From NCBI GenBank assembly GCA_004431415.1, contig QPMI01000412.1, positions 62,001 through 126,000 on the forward strand: 64,000 bases of DNA, given 5' to 3'. The notes beneath the pieces were generated by a model. The model searched no databases and was not told the origin of the DNA. It was given only the letters and a program-made list of their open reading frames with translations. This document shows, one piece after another, positions 23,401 through 34,433 of the stretch; position 1 is the first letter of the stretch, and every line of letters begins with the position of its first letter. The translations under genes were made by a program, and so were the position numbers. The stretch comes from Cyanophora paradoxa CCMP329 (Eukaryota > Plantae > Glaucophyta).

Positions 23401-24798
23401 CGCGGCGTGCGGCCGGGGCGGGGCCAGGACGAGTCGGTGCACCTCGGGTTCAGCCCCGGGGAGATCATGTCGGCGGGGGCGGCGGCGGTGGCGGCCAAGG
23501 CGGAGATGTCGCGCCTCGAGCTGCTCGTCATGAAGCACCAGTCGAACATCATCGGCGCCGAGTCCATCATCTACTCCAAGGCCCTCGCCCTCTCCAAGCG
23601 CCGCGGCTCCGGATCCGGCGCCCGCCGCGGCTCCGGCGGGCCCGCCCCGCCCCCGGCGCCGGCCCCCACGCGGGCGCAGGCGCCGGCGCCGGCGAGCCCC
23701 GCGCTCAAGGCGACGCCGGTGCACATGAAGACGATCTCCGTGCACCTCGAGGGACCGGCTTCGCTCTGGGCGATCGCGAGCTCGCCGGCGGGCCCGCCGC
23801 CTGCTGCCCGCCGCCGCCGGCCAAGGTGGACCCGCTGCGGGTGACGCTGAGCAGCCCGCGCGGGCCGGGGCCCGGGGCGGCGAGGGCGGCTCCACCCCGC
23901 GGGCCCGCGCCGGCCTGGCGGAGGAGGCGGGCCCGTTCCCCGCCGCGGCCCGCGCCCGCCGAGCCGCCTCGGCGCCTCGGGCTCGGCTCGGGCGGGCCTG
24001 CGGCGCTTCCGGGCGGCGGCGGAGCGGGTGCTGGCGGAGCAGGTGCGGCCTCGGCTGGCGGCGGGGCGGCGGGCGGCGGCGGCGGAGGGCCCCTCCCTGG
24101 GCCGCTTTCAGGCCCTCGTCATGAAGCTCGTCCACGAGCGCCGCGGTGCGCGCGCTCTCGATCGCTTAGACTCCAAAACTTCAATTTATACTCCAAAAAC
24201 TTCAGTTTAGACTCCGAAAGCGGGCCCCAAAGTCTGACTGGGCGCGGCGGGCTGGGCAGCGGTGATATCGCCGCACAGCCGGGCGACGCAGCACACGTTC
24301 AGCGACCTCTCGCTCCCCGTGCAGGCCGCCCTCGAGGCCCAGCAGCCCCTCGAGGAGCTCGCCGAGTCCCGCCTCTTCTCCATGGAGCGGTCCGCACCCC
24401 CCTCGTTCCTAAGCTTGAGCTCGTGATCATGATCGAACCCTAGCTATCCTTCAGCTTACTAAGTTAGTTAAAAACAATGCTCAGCTCAGCTCAATTTATC
24501 CGATCTCGTTCTGAGGGCGCGGGGTCCGGGGCGCAGGATGGTGGCGTTCATGGTGATGTTCCACGCGATGGCGGCCCGCGTCGCCGCCTTCCCCCTCCTC
24601 GGCTTCGACCTGGCCCGCTCCCAGTCCTCCCTCCGCGTCGCCTCCACCGCCGCCCCCGCCTCGGGCGCCGAGATCGCCCAGGCCCTCGCCGCCATGGCCG
24701 ACCGCGCCCAGCGCGCCGCCGCCGAGGCCGAGCGCCGCGGCGCCCCCGCCGCCGGCATCTCTATGGAGCAGGCCCGCCGCCGCCTCTCCTTCGGCTGA
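17493..24798 (+). CDS. Divergent GlmS/GFAT-like protein: M50-like HEWGH membrane domain, class II (Ntn) glutamine amidotransferase, SIS, transmembrane insert, second SIS-like domain
   Basis: HEWGH (17577-17591); CGNFG (from 18224); RGGQAGG; GHTRFATSS; ETHPH; HNGD; GDSPK; GCEISLW; VSHSGNTFAT; GAGWRPAEPSS. These match in order the GlmS motifs CGIVG, RGYDSAG, HTRWATHG, NAHPH, HNG, TDTE, CGTS, SQSGET and AGxEIGVAS. Confidence 0.8.
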
Positions 24799-25234
24799 TC
24801 CCCGGCCGCGGCCCCGGACTTAAGCTTTATATTCATAACATATCTTCAAAGGCTTCATTCCTGCGAATGCATATGCTTGCAGCCGATCAGTTAGTTGATC
24901 GGTATACGGACATCACGTAATTATGTCACACAGTGTAACCAATGATTAGTCAGACGTACTGCTTCTTCATGATCATGAGCTCTGCGTGAACATATGCATG
25001 CGCGTGTAGCGGCTTTTCGGAGGGCCCCGGGGCGTGTACATGTGTTTTTCAATTGCAAGTTTCGAATCTCGTCCTGGCGTATATATGTATACGTAGACTA
25101 GTTCAACGGTTGTGGCATCCAGCGTTAAGTTTCCTTGCCAAATTGCTTGCAAAAACCTGAAAATTGAGGCCTTGCTTGCTCACACTGTGACAGGGCAAAT
25201 ATTTAGGATCTTGGTTCGCAGGGTGAAATAATAT

Positions 25235-26978
25235 TTAATGATTTAGCCGCTGCGCGGCCCCGATCGCGAGGCCCTTCGAATTCTCAGAGTCTATGAGACT
25301 GTTAACTGTTTCTCTCCAGCTTCGAATTCTGAGCTTGCAATTGCACGCGCATTTTTTGATTTTGCGATTTCTGATAATAAAATTTGAGCGTGCTCTTGTG
25401 ATCATGATTTTGTGACTCATGTGATCAGAATCAAATGCAGGATCCGGACATGTACAGACTAGGACCGCTAAGAATTCGATCAGATCGACCGCTAGCGCTA
25501 GGACTAGGACCAGGACCTGGGGCAAGCAGGTCTGCAGGTCTAGGTCTAGGTCTATGGCTAAAGCTCTAGGAGGGCTAAAGCTCGCGGGGGCGGCGCCAGT
25601 GCAGAGGGCGGCGAGGCTGCGGAGATGCACGCCGTCCGAGGGCGAGCCGGGCCTCGCGAGGAGGCCCTGAGGCCGGGTCCGAGGGGACGGGGAGGATCCG
25701 GAGGAAGAGGGTGTGGAGACGACGCTCCTGGCGGAGCAGGACGACCAGCGCAACGAGCACCGGTACCAGCGCCACGAACCCCGGCCCGCAATGCCCACGA
25801 CCCGCCTGCGGTCGCCGCAGTGGCGAGGCCGCCGGGCCGCCGGGCCGCGGCGGGCGCAGCGCACCCGGAGGGGATGGGTTCGCGGGGCGAGAGGGCGTAG
25901 CCCTAGTAGACGGCGCAGGGGACGGAGGCGCAGGAGGCGAGGAGGAAGGCTCGCGTCCCCCTGGGGACGCTCAGGCGGGGGCATGCAGGAGCTGCTCGCG
26001 ATCATCGTGGCGGCGATCGTGTATGAAGAAAAGTTTGCTCGGATAGGTCCGGCCAGGCAGGGAGGGGGTTGCCCCCCTCCCCAAGCGCCGCTGTTTCCAG
26101 CGGCTCGGCCGGACCCTGGCGATCTAGTAAGAAAGCGTGTGTGTACATGTGTGTGTTGGGGGGGGGGAGAGAGAGGGGGGGGGAAGAGGAGGGGGAGGGG
26201 GGGAAGAGGAGGAGGGTCCACTGCGGATTCGGAGACTGAGCGGGGGGATCCGGCAGGGGAGCGGGGAAGGAGAAGGCAAGGAGAGGGAGATCTAGAGAGG
26301 CAGGGCAGGCCGGGGAAAATCGGGAGGAGGTCTAGATCTGGGCGGACCGGAGCTGGGGTGAGCCGGAGCCGGATCGAAGGCGGGGGGGGGGGGGGGGGGC
26401 GGGCCGGGCGGCAGCGCACCCAGAGGACGACCACGCAGACGATGGGCGCCTGGTGCGCGCAGCGCGCGGACGTCGCGCTGTGCGACACCAGCAGCTCGAA
26501 CAGGAACCGCTGCCGCCCCGCCCGGGATGGGGCGGGGGATGGGGATTGGGAAGGGGGGGGGGGAGGGGGGGAGGGGGGGGGGGGGGGCACCTGGGACAGG
26601 GAGAAGGAGAGGACGGCGAGGTGAGGAGGGGTTCGAAGATCTAGAGGCGCAAGAGGGCGCGCCCCGCGCGAAGGACGGCGCTGCCCGACGTGCGCGCTGT
26701 GCTCCGTGTACCGCCTGCGCGCGCCGCCCCGGCCGCCGGTGAGGGTGGTCCTGAGCAGGGCCGGGCAGGGGCGGCCCGGCGGGCCCGCGGCCGGGGCCGG
26801 GGCGCGCACCTCTCGAGCGCGGCGGCGGCGGCGGCGGCTGGCACTCATCGGATATCGATCGGACTTCATTGCCGCGGGGCGGAAGCGGAGCGTCCACTGC
26901 TAGGAGATCGCGATCGATATCTGCCAGCCGCGCGGCCGAACGATGGCAACGTAGCGAGGCGGAATGCTGCCGGCGCAT
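25235..26978 (-). CDS. Possible spliced hypothetical membrane protein
   Basis: Hydrophobic exon-like blocks (LAVLSFSLSQ, RFLFELLVSH..APIVCVVVLW, LVPVLVALVVLL) between gtgcgc/gtgccc..cag introns. Frames not fully resolved. Confidence 0.3.
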
Positions 26979-27486
26979 ATCTGCTAGCAGCGCGGCGCAT
27001 ATCTAGCAGCTGCATGCGCAGGACTCGCGTACGTAGCGAGGCGAAATACCGACGGTGCCTAGAGGCCTACGAGCCGTCGGACGCGAGCGCCGGCACATGT
27101 GCTTGGCGGCCGATTCGCGACGTCGACCCGCGGGGATATGTGAAAGCTCAAAAATGATTAAACAAGCGAGATAATGCGCGGGATGCTGCGAGCGGGCGGG
27201 CTAGGCTGAGCTGGATTGACGGCGGATTCCGCGGGGGGGGATACAGAGAAGTTAGGCGAAAGCTGATGTCAACGGTGGAGAAGCCGGCCTCACCCCGGCT
27301 CGGCCCCGATCGAGCAATGTCGGTAGCAGTAGACGGTCCCGACCGAGCCCGCTCGCAGCTACCGAGCGCCCCGCTCCAGAACGTCTCGCCGTGCGCCCCC
27401 GAGGATGCACTGGAGCTCTGGCCTCGCTAACGAGACGCAGACCGATTCCGTTGTCTCCACAGGGCGGGCGCACTTCTTCAGCCACG

Positions 27487-30400
27487 ATGGCTTTCTTTTT
27501 GTCTTCCCAAGCTGAGGTTCGCGCCCGGGCCCGATCTCTAGCTGCCGGAGCCGGCCAGCCATGGAGCATACTAAAACTGCTCTAGCACATTGGTCTAGAG
27601 CATTTTCATTCATCAGAATAACTCGCCGACGCGAGGGGGCGCTGAAGCACACGCCCGCCGGCGCCTCAAATCGCGAGGCCAGACCAGCCTGCCGCCGTTG
27701 CCCCGTTCGCTCTAGATTTGGTATTTAAGAGGTTCATATAAGACTTTGAACGATATGCGCATCGCGCGGGCCCTTCTTGGTTCGCCCGGGGCGCGTAACG
27801 CGTGCTCTCTGCAGGGGGACTTCGCCTTGCGGATCGTGGGCCTCGTGTCGAAGGAGAAGATGCTCACGTCGCTGCTGACGCTCAAGACGGACCTCGCCGC
27901 ACGCCTGCGCGAGGCCGGCGTCTCCATCCACCAGGAGGCGCGCCGGGCGCCCCTCCCCGCGCCCCCGCCCGGGCCGCGCCCGAGCCTCGCCGCAGGGCCA
28001 GGGACTGAAGAGCGTGTACCTGGACGTGCAGTCTCAGATCCAGGTCCTAATCCGGGAGCAGCGGGTGCGCCGGCCCCATCCTCCCCCGCGGCCCCCGCGC
28101 CCCCGCCCACGCGCTCCGCCCCAGATCGACTTCCACAAGCTCATGGTTTCTTTTGATTCCTTTTCTCCCGACGCCTCGCCCGGCGGCCGACCGCGCGGGG
28201 CGCAGGCGAAGTGGGAGACGCTGAGGGCGGAGTCGGTGCAGAACCGGGCCCGCTTCCAGAGCGCCGTGGAGCTCCTCGCCGACGAGAAGTGCCCCTCCCG
28301 CGTCCGCGGTGTCCTCGAGCGGTGCGCCGCGCCGCCCGCCCGCCCGCCCGCCCGCCGGCCCACGGCGCCGGCAGCTACTTCTGCTGGAGCGTGCACATGG
28401 AGGCGATCCTGCGCGACGTCGCCAGCGCGATGCCCTACGCCTCCCGCCAGCCGCCCCCCGCCGAGCCCCTCGCCTCCCCCTCCCGCGTGCGCCCCCGCCG
28501 TTCCCCGCCCCCCCCGCCCCCGCAGCGCCGACCGCGCCTCACATACGCCGGCCGGCCCGGCCCCCGCAGGTGTACATCGTGGGGGTCAGCACGGGCCAGA
28601 CGCCGATCGCGTGCCGGCCGGTGGAGCGGGGGACGCCGCAGAAACGGCAGGAGCAGGCGTGCGAGCCGGCGGAGCTGCCGGAGGGCCTGCGCGCGAGCGG
28701 CAAGGAGGAGCTCCTCGTCTCGATCTCGGGGCAGCTCTGGGAGCTGATCGGGCGGGAGGGGGCCCTCCTCGACGCCTTCTGCGACCTCGCGCGGGAGCGC
28801 ACGGAGCTGCGCGCCGCCATCGCGCGCCTGCAGGCCGAGCACGGCACGATCATGGCCCTCGTCGAGACGCTGCGGCGGGACTGCGAGGGCCTCGCCTCTC
28901 AGGCGCGGCGCATGCGGGAGGAGCGGGACGCGGCGCAGGACGAGCGGGCGCTGCTCGTCGCCGCGAACACGGACCTGCGCAAGGCCGCCGCCGCGCTGGA
29001 GAGCCGCAGCGCCTCGCTCGAGGCGCGCCTGATGGAGGGCGAGGCGGCCTCCCGCGGCGGGGCCGAGGCGGCGGCGCCGGGCGCCGCCGCCGCCGAAGCG
29101 GAGGCCCTCGAGCGCGCCCGCCGCCGCGCGGAGGAGGAGCGCACTGAGGCCCTGCAGAGGCGCGCCGCCCGCCCCGCCCCGCCCGCGCGACGGCGGCGGC
29201 CTGACGCCGGGGCGCGGCGCGGCAGGCTGGAGCGGGCGCGGCGGGAGAGCGAGGAGCGCTCGCTGGAGATCCGGCGCCTGCGGGAGGAGCGCGAGACGGC
29301 GGGGCGGCGGGCGCAGGCGGCGGTGGAGGCGCGGCGGAGCCTGGCGGAGAAGCTCGACGCGGCGCAGCGGCAGGCGGACCAGCGGGGCCGGCGGGCGGAG
29401 GAGCTGGAGGCGCGGCTGCGGCGGGCGGAGGAGGACCGGAGGGCGCTGGAGGCGGCGCTGGAGGAGCAGGCGGGGGAGCGGGAGCGGGCGCTGCGGGAGA
29501 AAGAGCGGGCGGAGGCGGCGCTGCGGCACCTGCGCGGCATCGCCACCAGCGCCTACAACGCCTCCCCCGACGTCTCCCCGCCCCGCTCCGTCTCCCCGCG
29601 CAAGCCCACCCACCGGGAGCGGGAGCGGGAGCTCCCGCCGGCCTGGGGGCCCTCCCTACCCCTCGACTGGTCCGAGCGCATCGCCAACACGAGCCCCAGC
29701 CGGCGCGCCCCGCCCCCTGCCCGCCGCGCTCCGCCCGCTGACGCGGCGCGCAGCGTCCGCTTCGCGTCGTCTTTGGCTGCCCCGCCGCAGGCCCCGGCGC
29801 CGCCTCCGCCGCCGCCGCCGCCGGCGCCGGCCCCGGCCCCGGTCCCGCAAGCAGCGCGTCGGCGGCGGCTGCTGCCCGCGACGCCGTGCTCGCCCTGCGC
29901 CGGTGCGCCGCGCCCCGCCGAGTCGCATCGCGGGTGCCGCCTGACGGGCCGCAGGGAGGAGGCCGCGCGCGCAGCCGAGGCGGCGCGCGCCGCGGAGACG
30001 GCCCGCGCGCTCGAGGCGGCGCGGGCGGAGGCGGCGCGCGCCGCGCAGGCGCCGCTGCCCGTGCCGGCGATCGCGTCGAAGTCGCGCGGGGTCGCCGGCT
30101 TCGTGCCCGCCCCGTCAGCGGCGGCCGCCACGGTGCGATCTGCCGCCCCTGCAGCCTCTCTCCCCGCCGGCGGCGCGAGCGGCGGGCCCCGCGCAGCTGC
30201 GGGGCTCGGGTCGTACGTGTCGACGCGGATCTCGGCCCCCACGGCGGCGGCGGAGGAGGCGAAGGCATTCGTCCCCATCGCCAACCGCCACGGCTCCTGC
30301 GTGCGCATGCGCCCGGGACGGGCCGCGCCCGGCCACCCCCGGCTCCGCGCCGAGCGTCGGGGCGGGCGCAGTGCTTCAAGACGAGCGGGAGGGCGGAGGC

Positions 30401-31076
30401 GGCGCAGGCGTGCGTGGCGTGCGGGCGGGCGGGCTGCCAGGAGCTGGAGGGCCCCCGCCCCCGCGCGGCGCCGCCGGCCCGGCGCGAAGGCGGCCAGCGA
30501 CGACGAGGCCTTCGCCGTGCGCCCCGCCCGCCCGTGCCGCCGGCCCCGCGCGGCCGGCCCGGGCCGACGCCGGCGCGCGGGCGCAGTCGACGCGGCGGGA
30601 GGAGCGGACGCGGCGGAAGGTGAGCAACGAGATCGTCGCCGGCGCCGAGTACGCCGCCTACGCCCGCGAGGTGCGCGGGGCGCGCGCGAGCGGGGCCCGT
30701 GGCCTGGCCCGCACCTCCTCACCTCACGCCACCCGGGCGGGCAGTGGGCGCGCGAGGGGGCGGCCTCGGCGCGGGCGCGGGGCGTGGAGGGCGCGATGCT
30801 GGTGGAGGTCACGGGCGCGTCGCTCAAGCCGACGTCGACGATCGTCTCCCCGAACCGCATCCTCTCCAACCGTGCGGCCCGGCGAGGCGGCCCGGCAGAG
30901 GCGGGGCCCTCGCTGAGCCGAGGGGGCGGGGGGCAGGGATCGAGGAGGTGAACTCGGCGCTGGCGAAGCTGGTGGCGAGCCCCACGCGGGCGCCCGTCGC
31001 GGGGCGCGCCTCGGCCTCCTCCACCTCCACCATCCCCGACGAGATCTGGGGCATCCCCCGCTACCCCGGCCTCTAG
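27487..31076 (+). CDS. Coiled-coil protein of unknown function (complete copy)
   Basis: Exons GDFALRIVGLVSKEKML.., IDFHKLM, YFCWSVHMEAIL.. and long E/R/A heptad exons; ends DEIWGIPRYPGL*. The start exon is tentative. Confidence 0.65.
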
Positions 31077-31313
31077 CCTCCCCTCCTTTCCCTGCCCTGG
31101 GGCTCGTCGCCCTTCATGGCCAGTGGATAGCTTGAAGCGGGGCGCCGCGGTTACACAGTCGGCGCCCCATAAAGTACACAGCGCGTTTCCGCGCTATCGC
31201 AGTGGGCATGCTCTCCCCTGCACCCCGTAATGTAAAGCAACGGAGAGCGGTTTGGTTCAGAACAGAAAGGGGCGCTGCCCGGCGAGGCGCACGGTGCGCG
31301 TGCGGGGCGGGGG

Positions 31314-34300
31314 CTAGCGCTTGGAGGAGGGGCGCGGGATGCGGCTCCCCGGCGTCGCGGCGGGCCCCGCCTTGGCGGCCCCAGACGGCGTCGCTGGCGT
31401 TCCGGGGGCGGCGGCGGCGGCCGCGCGGCGGCGGGCGTGCTGGGGTCGCCGGCACGGAGGCGGCGGCGGAGGGGCGGGCGGGGGTCGAGGGCGCCGGCGG
31501 GGCGGCGCCTGCGGGTCGAGTCGCTTCCTTCTTCGCAGGCGTCGCTGCCGGCGTCCGCCCCGCCAGTGGGCGCGCGGGCGAGGCCGCCACCGCGGGGCCT
31601 TGCGCGTGGCCGCGGGCTCCCCGCCGGCGGGGCCAGAGCGGGCCGCGCGGCGGCCGGGCGGGGCCGCGCGGGGAGTAGGTGGGGATGCGGGAGCCGGGGG
31701 AGGCCGGCTTGCCCGCGGGGGACATCGGGGAGAGGGAGGAGGGGGAGGAGGGCCCCGAGGGGACGGCGATGCGCCGCCCCGCGCGGGCGACGGTGGCGGC
31801 GGCCCCGGCGCCGACGGCGGCGAAGGCCGTCGCTGCGGCCTCGCCGATGGGCACGGGGGCCCAGCCGTCGGCGTACATCGGCGTGCACGCCCCCGAGCCG
31901 CCGGCAGAGCTTAGCTCCAGCGACCGCCGCATGTCTGCCGGCGGCTCAGGGGGCGGCGGGCGGGGAGCGGCGGGGCCGGCCGGCGCACCGAGCAGGGGCG
32001 TGTTGCTGCAGACAGAGGCAGTGGCCACCGAGGCCGGGCCGCTCGGGTAGTAGCCCATCCCCCTGGCGGCGGGTGAGGGGCGCCTGGCGGGGCGGGGCGG
32101 GGCGGGGCAGGGCGGACGCGGAGGCGAGCGGGGCCATGTCGGCCTCGGTGAGGGGCGCGCTGAGGTCGTCCTCGTCATCGGTGTGCGTCGGGGGCGGCCC
32201 CTCGTCGTCGTCGTCGCGGGCCTGCAGCAGGGCGCCCTGCAGCTCCGTCGAGCCGCACGACTCGCGGATGAAGCGCTCGTCGTCCGCCGTCAGGCCCCCG
32301 CTCAGGTCGTCCTCCAGCCCCGCCTCCGCCGGCGGCGGCGGCGACTCCGACCGCAGCAGCGGCGGCGGCCCGTCGCTCGGGCGCCACACGCCGGGCTCCT
32401 CCACCCCGAAGAGCTGCGAGGGGCTCAGGCGGGCCTTCAAAACGGGGCGGGGGCGGGCGCACGTCCTCTGGGGGCGGCGAGAGGGTGGTGCGGACGATGG
32501 TGCGGCCGCTGGCGGCGAAGGGGTCGCCGCTGGAGAGCATGCGGCGCTCGTCCTCGGTGAGGCCCGACCCGAGCAGCTCGTCGACGGAGCCAAGGGAGCG
32601 CCCCGAAGCCGACGCCACCGTCGGCATCAGCAGCGCCGGGCCCTCGCTCGCCGTCCGCCCCAGCAGCGGGCCCGGCGAGTCCGCCCCGGCCTTCGCAGGC
32701 GTCGCCTCCTCCTTGGCGCGGGGCGAGCGGGGGGCGGGGAGCTGGGCGGCGGCGGTGTGGGCGAGCGCCGCGCGGGGCGAGTCGCCGCGCGGGGAGGTCC
32801 TCGGGGATGCGGCCCCGGGGGAGACGCGGCCGGCCTGCGGGCCCGCGCGGGCGACGCGCCCGGAGACGTCTTCTTCCGCCCGCCCTCCTCCTCCGCCGCC
32901 GCCGCCGCCGCCGCCGCGAGGGCGGGGCCCAGCGGCGGGACCGGCGGGCGCGGGGGCAGGCCCCGGGGCGAGACCATCGCATCGGGGCCGGCGGGCTCCG
33001 CGGCGGCACGCTCGGGCTCCGCATCCACGCGCTGCTTCTGAGGCGGGGGCTCCCGCGTCGGCGGGACTTCCTCGGCGGCGGCCTCGTCGCTCTCCCGCTG
33101 CCGCCGCTTCGCCGGCGATGCTGCAGCCGCCGAGGCGGCCGCCGGAGAGCGCTCGGCGCTCGGGTCCCGCCTCGCCGCCGGCTTGACGGGCGACGGCTCG
33201 CGCTTCGGGACGGGGGGCTTGGCAGGAGTGCTCTCAACGGCCGGCTTGGCGGGAGAGCGCTCGGCGCTCGGGTCCCGCCTCGCCGCCGGCTTGGCGGGCG
33301 ACGGCTCGCGCTTCGGGACGGGGGGCTTGGCAGGAGAGCTCTCAACGGCCGGCTTGGCGGGAGAGCGCTCGGCGCTCGGATCCCGCCTCGCCGCCGGCTT
33401 GACGGGCGAAGGCTCGCGCTTGGGGACCGGGGGCTTGGCAGGAGAGCTCTCGACGGCGGGCTTGGCGGGAGAGCGCTCGGCGCTCGGGTCCCGCCTCGCC
33501 GCCGGCTTGACGGGCGACGGCTCGCGCTTGGCGGCTGCAGGTTTGACCGGGGAGCTCTCGACGGCGGGCTTGGCGGGAGAGCGCTCAGTGCTCGGATCGC
33601 GCTTGCCGGCGGACGGCGCGGCCGCCGGGGAGCGTTCGGCCGACGGATCACGCTTCGACGCCTGCTTGGCGGGCGAGGCAACCTTCTTCTGCTTGTCGGG
33701 CGTCGCGGGCGGCTGCGGGGCAGGCTCGCTGTACGGCTCGAAGCTGTGCCCGGCGGCCTTGGCGGCGCCGGCGCTCTTCTTCTCCGCCTTCTTCTCCTTC
33801 TCCTTCTCCTTGGCGCCGGCCTTCTTCGCGGTCTCCTTCTTCTTTTCTGCGGGGGCGGCCCCGGGGGTGGCGTCCTCCTGGGCGGTGTCCTGGTGGCGGC
33901 CGTGCTTGGCCGGAAGCTCGGCGGACGAGCCGATGGAGGTGCTGGACGCCAGCGCTGGCGGCGACAAGCTGCGCTTCCGCTGGAGCAGCGGCTTGTCCTC
34001 CGCCTCCGAGCCCGCGTTCTCCTGCGCCTTCGAGCGTCGCGCCGCCGCCCGCTTCTTCGCCGAGTCGACGGCGGCCGGAACCACGCAGGCCGCCTCCAAG
34101 AACTCCAGAGAAGTTACGGGCGGGATGCACCGCGCGGCGTCGTCAACTGCGGAGGCCGCCGCGGGGCTCTGCTCCTGCCGCCAAGAGGGCGGTCCCGCCG
34201 GCAGTGTGGGTGACTCGGCAACTGCCGATCGAATGGCGTCAAGAAAAGAGCGAATACACACTTTCTGCACGAAGCCTCGCACCTGGAAAGAAGACCGAGC

Positions 34301-34391
34301 TGGAGACGAGCTCGCCATCTTTCTCCGGCTCTGTGCCGACCGACAGCCCTGCACGCCCGCTGCTGCTTCGCTCCGCAGTGGACAGCGGCGG
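31314..34391 (-). pseudogene. 5'-truncated copy of the low-complexity SP/SxIP protein gene
   Basis: Same exons as 37440-40498, but it ends at the duplication junction and lacks the MGTVLSK start exons. Confidence 0.6.
33140..33660 (-). repeat. Coding 108-bp (36-aa) tandem repeat REPSPVKPAARRDPSAERSPAKPAVESSPAKPPVPK, about 4-5 units
   Basis: Visible in ORF 32627..34354 and repeated at ~39250-39770. Confidence 0.9.
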
Positions 34392-34433
34392 TGCGCCGCG
34401 CCGCCCGCCCGCCCGCCCGCCCGCGAGCCGTCG

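Larger units (their letters stand above)
28297..34391. repeat. Copy 1 of a ~6.1 kb direct tandem duplication
   Basis: Near-identical to 34434-40498. The offset between copies falls from 6137 to 6120 to 6107 along the unit, as seen in paired ORFs of the track. Confidence 0.97.

Noticed and set aside
25490-25560. (AGGACT)n/(AGGTCT)n hexamers as telomeric repeats
   Set aside because: Only a few degenerate units and not a telomere motif I recognise; treated as a microsatellite.
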